Shown one piece after another: positions 8,878 to 18,203 of a stretch of DNA of 64,000 bases. Within the stretch, counting starts at the first letter, position 1. The number at the start of each line of letters is the position of its first letter. Source of the DNA: an uncultured delta proteobacterium (GTDB lineage: Bacteria > Myxococcota_A > Polyangia > Polyangiales > Polyangiaceae); contig CAVOKF010000005.1 of the NCBI GenBank assembly GCA_963696385.1, positions 320,001-384,000 of the forward strand, written 5' to 3'. The notes beneath the pieces are model-generated. The model searched no databases and had not been told where the DNA came from. It worked only from the letters and a program-made list of their open reading frames with translations. The translations under genes were made by a program, and so were the position numbers.

Positions 8878-10425
8878 ATGCTTTCCGTTGCGCACAGCGC
8901 TACGCTTGTTGGCCTTCACGCCCATCCGGTTCGGGTCGAAGTCCAGGCGACGCGCGGTCCGCCGTTTTTCGAACTCGTGGGTTTAGCCGAAGCTTCCGTG
9001 CGAGAGAGTCGCGTGCGTGTGAAGAGCGCTCTCGCGCAAGTGGGCGTCGAGATCTCCGAGTGTCGCGTCGTGGTCAATCTTGCGCCGGCGGACGTGCGGA
9101 AGACCGGAAGCGGTTTCGATCTTGCTATCGCCGCGGCGGCACTGGGTGCGTTGGGGGCGACCCCGCGCGACTCGCTGCGGCGCGTTCTGTTGGTCGGGGA
9201 GCTCTCGCTCGAGGGGACCGTCCAGCCCCTACGCGGAATTCTTGCCCATTTGCTCGGGGCTCGGGCGCGCGGGCTCCAGCGGGCCATCGTTCCTCGGGCC
9301 AACGCCGCTGAGGCCGCGCTCGTCGAAGGGATCGAGGTGCGAACCGTCGGCTCGCTGCGGGAACTCGTCGAGGCGCTGCGAGGGCGCCGGGAGCTTCCCG
9401 TCGCGGAGCGCGGCCCCGAGAGCCCCGAAGGCGAGCCAGATCCTCTGGTCGACGATCTCGCCGATGTACGCGGCCAATCGGCGGCGCGGCGAGCGGTGGA
9501 GGTTGCGGCGGCGGGAAACCACAACTTGTTGCTGATCGGCCCACCGGGGGCCGGCAAGACGATGCTGGCGCGTCGCCTGCCGGGGGTGCTTCCGCCCATG
9601 TCGGCCGACGAGGCAGTCGAAGTGACGGCTATCCATAGTGTCGCTGGCTTGCTCGGAAAGACCCCGGGGTTGTCGCGCGCGCGTCCCTTCCGATCGCCGC
9701 ACCACACGGTCTCCGAAGCCGGGCTGGTCGGTGGCGGAGAAGTCCCCCGACCGGGCGAAGCGAGCCTGGCCCACCATGGCGTGCTGTTTCTCGACGAGCT
9801 TGCCGAGTTCCGTCGAGCCGCGCTCGAGGCGCTTCGCCAGCCGCTCGAGGACGGCTTCATCACGATCTCGCGGGCCCATGCGAAGGCTACTTTTCCTGCG
9901 CGCATGCTGCTTGTCTGCGCGACCAATCCCTGCGCGTGCGGCCGTCTGGGGGATGGGACCTCGCGTTGCGCCTGCTCGCCTGAAAAGATCGCGCGATATC
10001 GAGCCAAGATGAGCGGACCGCTGCTCGACCGGATCGACGTTCACGTGGTTCTCCCGCCGGTGGAGGTCGCCGCATTGCACGCGATGAACGCAGGGGAGGC
10101 GAGTGCCGTGGTTCGTGCGCGCGTCGAACGAGCGCGCGCCATCCAGCATGAACGCAACGTGCGGCGCGAAGTCGCGGCGTCGACGAACGCGGCGCTCGGT
10201 CTACGCGATCTGGAGCGCGTCGCGAAGCCGTGCGCTGCGAGCTCCCGGATGCTGGCGGCGGCCGTCGATCGCCTCGGGCTCTCGGCGCGCGCATACGCGA
10301 AGGTCCTGCGCGTGGCGCGGACCATTGCGGATCTCGAGGGAGCCACGGGAATTCGACCCGAGCACGTTGCCGAGGGCATTGCGCTGCGCGTTCTCGATCG
10401 ACCCGCGACCGCGGCCGCAGCCTGA
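8878..10425 (+). CDS. comM: YifB/ComM family Mg-chelatase-like AAA+ helicase
   Basis: VNLAPADVRKTGSGFDLAIA, Walker A GPPGAGKT, PFRSPHH, GVLFLDE, NPCACG, SGPLLDRID. Confidence 0.95.
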   Translation: MLSVAHSATLVGLHAHPVRVEVQATRGPPFFELVGLAEASVRESRVRVKSALAQVGVEISECRVVVNLAPADVRKTGSGFDLAIAAAALGALGATPRDSLRRVLLVGELSLEGTVQPLRGILAHLLGARARGLQRAIVPRANAAEAALVEGIEVRTVGSLRELVEALRGRRELPVAERGPESPEGEPDPLVDDLADVRGQSAARRAVEVAAAGNHNLLLIGPPGAGKTMLARRLPGVLPPMSADEAVEVTAIHSVAGLLGKTPGLSRARPFRSPHHTVSEAGLVGGGEVPRPGEASLAHHGVLFLDELAEFRRAALEALRQPLEDGFITISRAHAKATFPARMLLVCATNPCACGRLGDGTSRCACSPEKIARYRAKMSGPLLDRIDVHVVLPPVEVAALHAMNAGEASAVVRARVERARAIQHERNVRREVAASTNAALGLRDLERVAKPCAASSRMLAAAVDRLGLSARAYAKVLRVARTIADLEGATGIRPEHVAEGIALRVLDRPATAAAA

Positions 10426-10533
10426 TCGAGGCCCCCATGGGGACGCTGCGGTGATCCGTCCCGCGGACGGGGGGTCGTTGGCTGGGACAGGCCCTGAAGT
10501 CACGCCGTTCGGCGAAAATCATGCAATCGGCTG

Positions 10534-10549
10534 CGGCACGCCGTTCGCT
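10534..10549 (+). promoter_or_regulatory. Putative sigma54 -24/-12 promoter of recA
   Basis: CGGCACGCCGTTCGCT; GG(10535)-N10-GC(10547); 13/15 identical to the comM motif. Confidence 0.6.
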
Positions 10550-10689
10550 CAGGCCTGGGTCATCGCCCCGATCGTCCGGTCCGTCGCCATGCCGGCCGGT
10601 CGGTCTCGACGACTCCCATGGGTGCGGGCCGGCCCGAACGCCTTGGGGAATCAACTCACCGGGCCGCCACTCGAGAAAGGACCCAGTCC

Positions 10690-11718
10690 ATGTTGGAACG
10701 AACCGCAGAAAAAATGCGCGCCCTCAAAAGCGTAATGGCCGTCGTGGAGAAGCAGTTCGGCAAGGGAGCGGTCATGACGCTCGGCGACGACGAGGATCCG
10801 GAGCCGGTCACCACGATCTCCACGGGGTCGCTCGCCCTCGACCTCGCTACGGGAATCGGGGGCTACCCGCGAGGCCGTGTCGTCGAGATTTATGGCCCCG
10901 AATCGAGCGGGAAGACGACGCTCGCTCTTCACGCAATTTCCGAAGCGCAGAAAAACGGCGGAGTCGCCGCCTTCATCGACGCCGAGCACGCACTGGACAT
11001 CGGCTACGCGCGCGCGGTGGGCGTGGCGACCGAGCAGCTTCTCATCTCCCAGCCGGATTCGGGCGAACAGGCGCTCGACATTACGGAACTGCTCGTGCGC
11101 TCACTCGCGATCGACCTGGTCGTCATCGATTCCGTTGCGGCGCTCACGCCGAAGGCCGAACTCGAAGGCGAAATGGGCGACGCGCACATGGGTCTGCAAG
11201 CTCGGCTGATGAGCCAGGCGCTGCGAAAGCTCACATCCGTGGCCTATCGCGCGGACACGACGCTGATGTTCTTGAATCAGCTTCGACACAAGATAGGCGT
11301 CACGTTCGGATCACCCGAGACGACGACCGGCGGCAACGCGTTGAAGTTCTTCGCCTCCATGCGCTTCGACGTGAGGCGTATCGGCCAAGTCAAAGTGGGT
11401 GAGGAATCCGTCGGCGGTCGCACGCGCGTAAAAATTGCAAAAAATAAATGCGCGTCGCCGTTTACGGAGGCCGAGTTCGAGATCCGCTGGGGGAACGGCA
11501 TCGATTCGGTCGGCGAGCTTCTCGACCTCGGCGTCGCACGCGGTCTCGTCGACAAGTCCGGCAATCACCTCTCCTTCGCCGGGACTGCGCTCGGCAACGG
11601 GCGGGAGCGTTCGCGCGAGGCTCTCGAGACGAGCCCCGATCTCCTCGGGACACTTCGTCAGGCGATCGTCGCGTCGGGACCGGCGCGATCCGGGCGGCGA
11701 TCGGACGCCGAGGCGTGA
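10690..11718 (+). CDS. recA: Recombinase RecA (divergent, RecA1-like paralog)
   Basis: [42 protein letters not shown]; start at ATG 10690. Confidence 0.97.
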   Translation: MLERTAEKMRALKSVMAVVEKQFGKGAVMTLGDDEDPEPVTTISTGSLALDLATGIGGYPRGRVVEIYGPESSGKTTLALHAISEAQKNGGVAAFIDAEHALDIGYARAVGVATEQLLISQPDSGEQALDITELLVRSLAIDLVVIDSVAALTPKAELEGEMGDAHMGLQARLMSQALRKLTSVAYRADTTLMFLNQLRHKIGVTFGSPETTTGGNALKFFASMRFDVRRIGQVKVGEESVGGRTRVKIAKNKCASPFTEAEFEIRWGNGIDSVGELLDLGVARGLVDKSGNHLSFAGTALGNGRERSREALETSPDLLGTLRQAIVASGPARSGRRSDAEA

Positions 11719-11911
11719 CGGCGTCCGCCCAACGCGATGGGCGATGGGCATCGGCGCGCCTGGGCGGATTCATCGCCGTCTGGCCCGGGCGTTTCGCGTG
11801 ACGATTCGCGCGATCGCCGTGAAAGTATCGCGAGCTTCCGTTCCGTGGGCAACCCCCGGGGGGGCGCCTCGGCCCTCGACAGCGCCGGTTCGGACCGGCA
11901 ACCTCGACACG

Positions 11912-12676
11912 ATGCCTACCGTTCATGTCCTTCAACACGAGCCCATCGAAGGCCCGGCTTGCATTGCTGAAGTCGCGCAATGGCTGGGTATGCCCCTCAA
12001 CTTGGTTCGCTTGTTCGACGGGGCAGCTGTGCCCGAACACCTCCCCCCTGAGGATGCGCTCGTCCTGATGGGCGGACCGATGGGCGTCGGCGACATAGGA
12101 GATTCAAAGTGGCCCTTCTTGAAGGCGGAAGCCGAGTTGATCACGAGGGTTCTGCGCGCTGATGGCGCCGTTTTGGGCATCTGTCTGGGCGCACAGCTCA
12201 TGGCGCACGCTCTCGGGGCTCGCGTCTACCCGCTGCATGTGGGCGACCCTCCCGCTCGATTCCGTGAGGTGGGGTGGGGTGCGGTCACATTTGCGGTCGA
12301 CCCAGACACGGAACCGAGTCTCCGCGGGTTGAGCGAGTCGGAGGTTGTCCTTCATTGGCACGGCGACACGTTCGATCTGCCCGACGGTTCGAAGCTGCTC
12401 GCGAGTACGCTTCCATGTCAAAATCAAATGTTTCGCTGGGGCTCGCGGGCTTTCGGACTCCAGTTTCATGTCGAGGTTACCGCGATCGATGTGGCCACGA
12501 TGGTGCGAGAGGACGCGGCATTCGTACGCGCGGCGAATGGGCCTTGTGGCGCCGCTCGAATTTTGGCGGACACACGACGGTGGATTGGGCATTACCGACA
12601 GATGGGCAACCGCATGATTCGCAACATATTCGATTCGATGCTCGCCGACTCTCTCCCCCGAAAGAGCGCTCCGTGA
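11912..12676 (+). CDS. Class I glutamine amidotransferase (GMP-synthase GATase-like)
   Basis: LQH, MGGPMG, GICLGAQL, HWHGDTF, LQFHVE. Confidence 0.92.
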   Translation: MPTVHVLQHEPIEGPACIAEVAQWLGMPLNLVRLFDGAAVPEHLPPEDALVLMGGPMGVGDIGDSKWPFLKAEAELITRVLRADGAVLGICLGAQLMAHALGARVYPLHVGDPPARFREVGWGAVTFAVDPDTEPSLRGLSESEVVLHWHGDTFDLPDGSKLLASTLPCQNQMFRWGSRAFGLQFHVEVTAIDVATMVREDAAFVRAANGPCGAARILADTRRWIGHYRQMGNRMIRNIFDSMLADSLPRKSAP

Positions 12677-12705
12677 GGCTCACTCGAGGGAGCCGTCGAT
12701 GGGGC

Positions 12706-14112
12706 ATGGCCGCGTTCCAGGGTCCCGGCTCGATGCCCTCCCGGCCGTGCTCGTCGCCGGCCCCCGAACTGAGTCTTCTCGTCCTGCTCGCGTTGACCGT
12801 CGGGTGCTCGAGCGGCAGCAACCCGGGCGCGTTCTCCATCGGACCGCATCCTCCACTTCCTTATGTCGAAGACAACGGGGGTGGAATTCTCACGGCACCC
12901 GAGATCGTTACCGTGACGTTCGACCCCAGTCTCTACACGTACTTCGATGCGACGCAGAATACGTGGTTGGCCGTGCCTGCCGCGGCGACCCTGATCCCCG
13001 ATCTTGGCACGTTCGACGACGGGGTCACGACGACGTCTTGGTGGCAGACCGTTGTTGCGGACTACTGCGACCCAAAAGCGGGCTGTATCGGCCCAGGTCT
13101 AGCCGGTGCGCATGTATCGATCCCCGCTCTGCCGCCCGGAGATGGCACGCCATCATGCGGTCCCCAGCCTTGTTATACGGACACGGCGGTAGGTGGCGCT
13201 GCGACTTTGAAGACCTACATCTCGTCCTTGTTGAACGCCGGAACATTGCCGATGCCAAATCCGCAAACGCTTTACGTGATGTATTTCCCGAGCTCGGTCA
13301 CGATCGACGTGGATGGATCCGTGTCATGCCAGTCCATCGGCGGTTATCACGACAGCTTGTCGGTCGGCTCGCTCAACGTGCCCTATGCGATCGTGCCTGT
13401 CTGCTCCCCGGAGCCCACTGCCAATGGCGTGCCGGCTCTTAACTTCGAGCAAACCGCGACCATCGCGGCAAGCCACGAAATCGTCGAAGCCACTACCGAC
13501 CCACATGCCGGTGAGATACCTGCGGGTGCGACCCAGAGCACCCAATACCTCGGATACTATTTGACCGATCCGCAGAGTCAGGCGTGGGCCTACTTCGGTG
13601 GTGAGGTGGCCGACCTATGCGTCGACCTTCTGGGTATGGGCCAGGATCGCTGGACGGAAGGCAACTACGTGTATCAAAGGGTTTGGTCGAACACGAGCGC
13701 GATGGCGAGTCACGATCCGTGTGTGCCCATTCCGCCGGGCGAGGTTTACTTCAACGCTGCACCCTCGACGGTACAGGGCCAGCCGCTCTCGGTGGGGGTC
13801 GGCGCAACGGCCAACTTGCAGGTCGATGCCTTTTCGGACGCGCCCGCGCCAAGTTGGCAGGTGTTCGGGATCGACGTCGGGACGAGCTCGGCCGGGAACC
13901 CGCTCAACATCTTGTTGTTTGCGCCCGGTGAGAAGAGTCCCATGCTGGCGAACAACGACGAGTCCATCCCCTTCACGGTCGAGTTGACGGGGCAGCCTCC
14001 GCTTCCGGCGGGGGCCCCGACCGGAACCGCTGCGGTCGAGCCGTATTTCATCATTTCTTGGGCTCAGAGCGCAGCCCATCTGTGGCCTGCCTTCGTCGTC
14101 TCGGCGCAATGA
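12706..14112 (+). CDS. Lipoprotein with a Phi-1/EXORDIUM-like core
   Basis: Lipobox TVGC; GGYH, ASHEIVEATTDP, EVADLC and YQRVWSN motifs. Confidence 0.7.
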   Translation: MAAFQGPGSMPSRPCSSPAPELSLLVLLALTVGCSSGSNPGAFSIGPHPPLPYVEDNGGGILTAPEIVTVTFDPSLYTYFDATQNTWLAVPAAATLIPDLGTFDDGVTTTSWWQTVVADYCDPKAGCIGPGLAGAHVSIPALPPGDGTPSCGPQPCYTDTAVGGAATLKTYISSLLNAGTLPMPNPQTLYVMYFPSSVTIDVDGSVSCQSIGGYHDSLSVGSLNVPYAIVPVCSPEPTANGVPALNFEQTATIAASHEIVEATTDPHAGEIPAGATQSTQYLGYYLTDPQSQAWAYFGGEVADLCVDLLGMGQDRWTEGNYVYQRVWSNTSAMASHDPCVPIPPGEVYFNAAPSTVQGQPLSVGVGATANLQVDAFSDAPAPSWQVFGIDVGTSSAGNPLNILLFAPGEKSPMLANNDESIPFTVELTGQPPLPAGAPTGTAAVEPYFIISWAQSAAHLWPAFVVSAQ

Positions 14113-14119
14113 CCTTTGG

Positions 14120-15742
14120 GTGGCAGCACCGCCGGCCCGGCAAAGACCGTGTGCCGCAACGAACGACTCCTTGTCGCGGCACCTTTCGCGTCGCGCGAAG
14201 CGCTCTGAGAATGCGGTAGCCTCGCTCGTCGTGACGATTGGACGCCGAAGGACGCCGCCTCACCCACCGGCTCGCCCTCCGCCCCGGCAGGCCTACGTTT
14301 CGTCGTCGTCGTCGTCGCCGCCGTCGTCGCCTCTTGCGCCCGGCGCCACGCATGCGCCCAACGCTTTCCTTGCGACGGATTCGACGGACGCCAAGCCCGA
14401 CGAACAGACCGTCGCGACGGCCCGGCAATTCGTCCAGACGGTTGCGGTCCCGCGGCTTGCCATCACCATCGAGCGCGAAAATGGCCGAGTCGGTGCTCGC
14501 GCGCTTCTGTTCGACGGAGATCTTTGCCGGATAGGCACCCACTCGACGAACGACGTCGTGCTCCAGGACCCCGCGGTGTCGCGCTTTCATTGCCGACTGG
14601 TCCGTGACGAGGGCGGCTGGCGCGTTCACGACTGGGACTCTCTCAACGGGGTCGAAGTCGAGGGTTTGCGCGTACGCGACGCGGACTTGCCCTCCGAGGC
14701 GACGATCGTGCTGGGCGACTCGGTGGTTCGCGTTCACACGGTCGATCCTGCCGAACAGGCCGTGGTTCCCATGATTCCAGCGTTTGGACAGCTGGCGGGC
14801 ACGAGCGTTCGGATGCGCAAACTATTCGCAGTCCTTCAGAAGGTGGCTCCGAGCGACATCAATGTCCTCATTCAGGGCGAGAGTGGGACGGGCAAGGAGT
14901 TGGTCGCCAACGAAATCGTGCAGCGGAGCCCGCGCGGCGACAAGCCGTTCGTCGTAGTCGACTGCGGTGCCATCAGCCCTTACCTCGTCGAGAGCGAGCT
15001 TTTCGGGCACCTGCGCGGCAGCTTCACGGGTGCCGATCGGGACCGAGTCGGCGCATTCGAGGCGGCGGACGGGGGCACGGTGTTTCTCGACGAAGTCGCG
15101 GAGTTGCCTGTCGAACTCCAACCCAAGCTACTCCGTGCCATCGAAGCGCGCGAAGTTCGGCGGGTCGGTGAGACCCGGCCGCGAAAGGTGAACGTGCGCG
15201 TTCTCAGTGCGACGAATCGGCAGCTCGAGCGCGAAGTCAACCGAGGGCGCTTTCGTGAGGACCTTTATTTTCGTCTCGCCGTGATGACGGTGCGCGTCCC
15301 GCCCCTTCGCGAGCGGCTTGACGATCTGCTGATACTCGTTCGGGTCTTCTTGCAGAGTTGGGGCGTGCCCGATGAAGAACGCCTGTTTACGGCTGCCGTG
15401 CTCGCGGAGATGGCCCGGCACGATTGGCCAGGCAACGTTCGCGAGCTCAGAAATTATGTCGAGCGCAGTGTCGTGCTTCAGAAGGCGAGCCCGGCGCTCC
15501 GCAGTACGTCGCTCGCGCCCGGATCGGGCCTTCCACTCATCGACATCGGGACCCCGTTTCGGGTCGCGAAGGATGAAGCGGTGGACGCCTTCGAGCGCGC
15601 TTACTTGAGCGCGTTGCTCGAGGCTGCGGGCAACAACATGAGCAAGGCTGCGCGGCTGGGCGGCATGGATCGGATGTACCTGCACCGACTCGCGCAGAAG
15701 CATGGGCTCAGGGGCGGCGGCGCTGCGGGCGCGAGTTCGTAA
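14120..15742 (+). CDS. FHA-domain sigma54-dependent Fis-family activator (true start probably later, e.g. GTG 14231)
   Basis: FHA ([22 protein letters not shown]), [14 protein letters not shown] loop, [13 protein letters not shown]-terminal HTH. Confidence 0.95.
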   Translation: MAAPPARQRPCAATNDSLSRHLSRRAKRSENAVASLVVTIGRRRTPPHPPARPPPRQAYVSSSSSSPPSSPLAPGATHAPNAFLATDSTDAKPDEQTVATARQFVQTVAVPRLAITIERENGRVGARALLFDGDLCRIGTHSTNDVVLQDPAVSRFHCRLVRDEGGWRVHDWDSLNGVEVEGLRVRDADLPSEATIVLGDSVVRVHTVDPAEQAVVPMIPAFGQLAGTSVRMRKLFAVLQKVAPSDINVLIQGESGTGKELVANEIVQRSPRGDKPFVVVDCGAISPYLVESELFGHLRGSFTGADRDRVGAFEAADGGTVFLDEVAELPVELQPKLLRAIEAREVRRVGETRPRKVNVRVLSATNRQLEREVNRGRFREDLYFRLAVMTVRVPPLRERLDDLLILVRVFLQSWGVPDEERLFTAAVLAEMARHDWPGNVRELRNYVERSVVLQKASPALRSTSLAPGSGLPLIDIGTPFRVAKDEAVDAFERAYLSALLEAAGNNMSKAARLGGMDRMYLHRLAQKHGLRGGGAAGASS

Positions 15743-15759
15743 GTCGGTTCCGGGGACTC

Positions 15760-17376
15760 TCACCGCCTCCGGGACGCCAACGCGCGCAGCCAACGGACGT
15801 CGGCGGCGCCCATCTCTCGGGTCACCAGGAGCACCGCGATGTACGCCCCGGCCACGAGCAGCGCCACGAGCGGCGCCGCGAGGCGACCCACTCGCGGCAT
15901 CCAGAGGCCCAAAGCAAAGCATCCTGCGAGTGCCGCGCCGACTCGGGAGACGGTTGCGACGGGAACGAAGGCGCCTGTTTGTCCTCGCACGAACGCACCG
16001 GCCACGAGGAGCGCGCCTGTGAGGGCGACGAGCGTCGCTTCCGCGGAGCGAACGAGCTGATCGTGTCCGAACCGGCCTCCGGGGACGAACCCCGTGCATG
16101 CCAGCGATACCGCTACGAGCGCGCCCAAAGTGATCCACGCCGACGTACGTTCACGGCCCACGCTCGTCAGGATCGTGGTGGCGATGCCGAGCATCGCGAA
16201 CGAGCCCTGCGCGAGCGCCATGATCCGCAAGACGTCGGCGCCTCGGTGCGCGTCCGCCGATCCATACGCGAAGGCAAGCAAAGACTCGGGCATGGCGATG
16301 ACCACGCCGACGAGCATGCCCCCGAAGATCGCCGCGAGCCTCGATCCCCGCGCGACGTACGTCCGGACGGCGGCCGCGTCCCTCGCGCTGGTCGCGCGTG
16401 CAAGCATGGGGAAAAGTACGAGGGTCACGCTGAAGAGGAGTTGATAAGGCAGAAACGCGAATGTCTGGCACTCCTTGTAGATAGCCACCCACGACTTGAC
16501 GAGATCGCGCTGAGACGGCCCCACGAACACGACGGCCGCGGAGCTCTCGCTGAGGAAGCGGCCGAGCAGCGCGATGTCGGCCTGCAGGAGCGCGTTCGTA
16601 CAGAGCTGCGCCCCCGCAATCGGAAGGAGCAACGCCACGTAAGCCCGTGGACTCGGAACGCCGTCGGGGAGACTCGTCGCCGTCGCCTTGCCGATGCCCG
16701 TCCAGCGCAACGCGAGTGGGACGATGCACGCCGCGGCCGCGACCCATCCGACCGTCGTTCCCAGAACCCCCGAGAGTCCGCGCGCGACGAACGCATAGCC
16801 GAACGCCACCAAGCCCAGCGTGCGCATCGTCGCGAACGCGACGTCGAGTGCAGCCTGGCGACCGAAGAGGTTTCTCCCGTTCAGATAGCCGATGAGAGGC
16901 GCGTACAATCCGTAGAGCAGCGCAACGATGGCCATGACGAGCAGCGGGCCGACGACATCGTCCGCGCGTTCGAACCGGGCATAGATCGGGGCCGTAGCGG
17001 CTACGGCCCCTGCCACGACGAACGCCATCGGCACGTGCACTCGTAGGGCCGCGCGGAGGGCCTCTTGCTCATGGCCCGGGGCGCTTGCGACCGTACGGCT
17101 CACCGCCTGCGTCCCGCTTGAAACGACGACGTTGTTTACCGTATTCGACACGACGAGCGCTTGGGCGAGGCCGCCAAAGTCGTTCAATCCGACCGCAAGC
17201 CTCAGCAACGGTTGCTGAATGAAGCCGGTTATCAGAAAGAACACCTTCGCCCCGAGCACCGCTACGCCGCCGCGTCCGGCGGTTCGCGCCGTCTCCACCG
17301 TCGGCGATGACGGCTCGCCAGAAGCCTTCGTCTCCTCGCGCGAATTGGGGTGCGCGGTCTTGAAAGGGTCGGCCAC
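15760..17376 (-). CDS. MOP-superfamily flippase (MurJ/Wzx/SpoVB-like)
   Basis: About 14 hydrophobic segments, TARTAGRGG start, FAFLPYQL..VLFPML; probable GTG start after an AGGGAG RBS. Confidence 0.8.
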   Translation of the reverse strand: MADPFKTAHPNSREETKASGEPSSPTVETARTAGRGGVAVLGAKVFFLITGFIQQPLLRLAVGLNDFGGLAQALVVSNTVNNVVVSSGTQAVSRTVASAPGHEQEALRAALRVHVPMAFVVAGAVAATAPIYARFERADDVVGPLLVMAIVALLYGLYAPLIGYLNGRNLFGRQAALDVAFATMRTLGLVAFGYAFVARGLSGVLGTTVGWVAAAACIVPLALRWTGIGKATATSLPDGVPSPRAYVALLLPIAGAQLCTNALLQADIALLGRFLSESSAAVVFVGPSQRDLVKSWVAIYKECQTFAFLPYQLLFSVTLVLFPMLARATSARDAAAVRTYVARGSRLAAIFGGMLVGVVIAMPESLLAFAYGSADAHRGADVLRIMALAQGSFAMLGIATTILTSVGRERTSAWITLGALVAVSLACTGFVPGGRFGHDQLVRSAEATLVALTGALLVAGAFVRGQTGAFVPVATVSRVGAALAGCFALGLWMPRVGRLAAPLVALLVAGAYIAVLLVTREMGAADVRWLRALASRRR

Positions 17377-17678
17377 CGACTCAAACTCCCTTCGCTCATC
17401 GCCGGAGTCCGGCCCGCGGGCGTGTCGGCGATGATACACCGACCGGGTGCCAACGACGCAAACGGCCGCGAGGCTCGCGCAGTTTGCACCCCGGTAGCTC
17501 GAGGCGACCGCGGCCCTTGTGGGCCGGGGTCTCTCGACGCGGTCGGTCGTCAACCTTCATCGAACGCGTTGCGTCGCTTCGCTCTGGCGACCACTGCGGT
17601 CGTGTCTTCGCGTGGCTGCTCGGGCGGTCCGGGTCTAGGCTACCTCCGTGGCGCCCTCCCCATCTGACGCCGGCCATT

Positions 17679-18203
17679 TCATTCGACGCGCTCGGTGTGC
17701 TGCGGGTCCACGAGGCGGCCGTCGGGAGTGAGCCCGACGCGCCCCCATCGAGCCTTCTCGTCCGGAAGCGGTGGCAGCGAAGGCGGGGTCTCGTCATGAA
17801 GCTCGACACGCACGCCCTCCGCCGCGGTGATGATGCGGATGCCCAGGTTTCGCCCCGGCTTGCGCGCGACCTGCGTGTGTTCGATGGTCGCGGAACTCTC
17901 CCCCTCCCGGATTTCGCCTCCGAGAAGGCGCGCTCTCAGATACTGCACCAGCGGATGAAGGGCCACGGATCCACTGGCGTACACGACATCGGCGAACGCG
18001 CCGTCGACGCGGAGTGGGCTTGGCAGCGTCAGATCGAATGCTTGAGCCGTTCCCTCGAGCAGCTCACCCTTGGCCAGGTGATCGACGGGCGCCGCAGCGC
18101 TTGGTGCGCTCTCCTGCGCGGGGGCGCGCCCCGGACCGGGAGAGCGACACCCCGCGATCGCCACGAAGGCGATCGCGGCTCGAATAAGGTCCTTGGCCGT
18201 CAC
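17679..18203 (-). CDS. Hypothetical lipoprotein translationally coupled to pilY1
   Basis: GTG start overlaps the pilY1 TGA (GTGA); lipobox IAGC; corresponds to the C-terminal 174 aa of the listed 724-aa ORF. Confidence 0.8.
   Translation of the reverse strand: MTAKDLIRAAIAFVAIAGCRSPGPGRAPAQESAPSAAAPVDHLAKGELLEGTAQAFDLTLPSPLRVDGAFADVVYASGSVALHPLVQYLRARLLGGEIREGESSATIEHTQVARKPGRNLGIRIITAAEGVRVELHDETPPSLPPLPDEKARWGRVGLTPDGRLVDPQHTERVE

Noticed and set aside
10491..10514. LexA box upstream of recA
   Set aside because: Only a GTTC core; the left half does not fit the M. xanthus-type box, and there is no CTGT-N8-ACAG.
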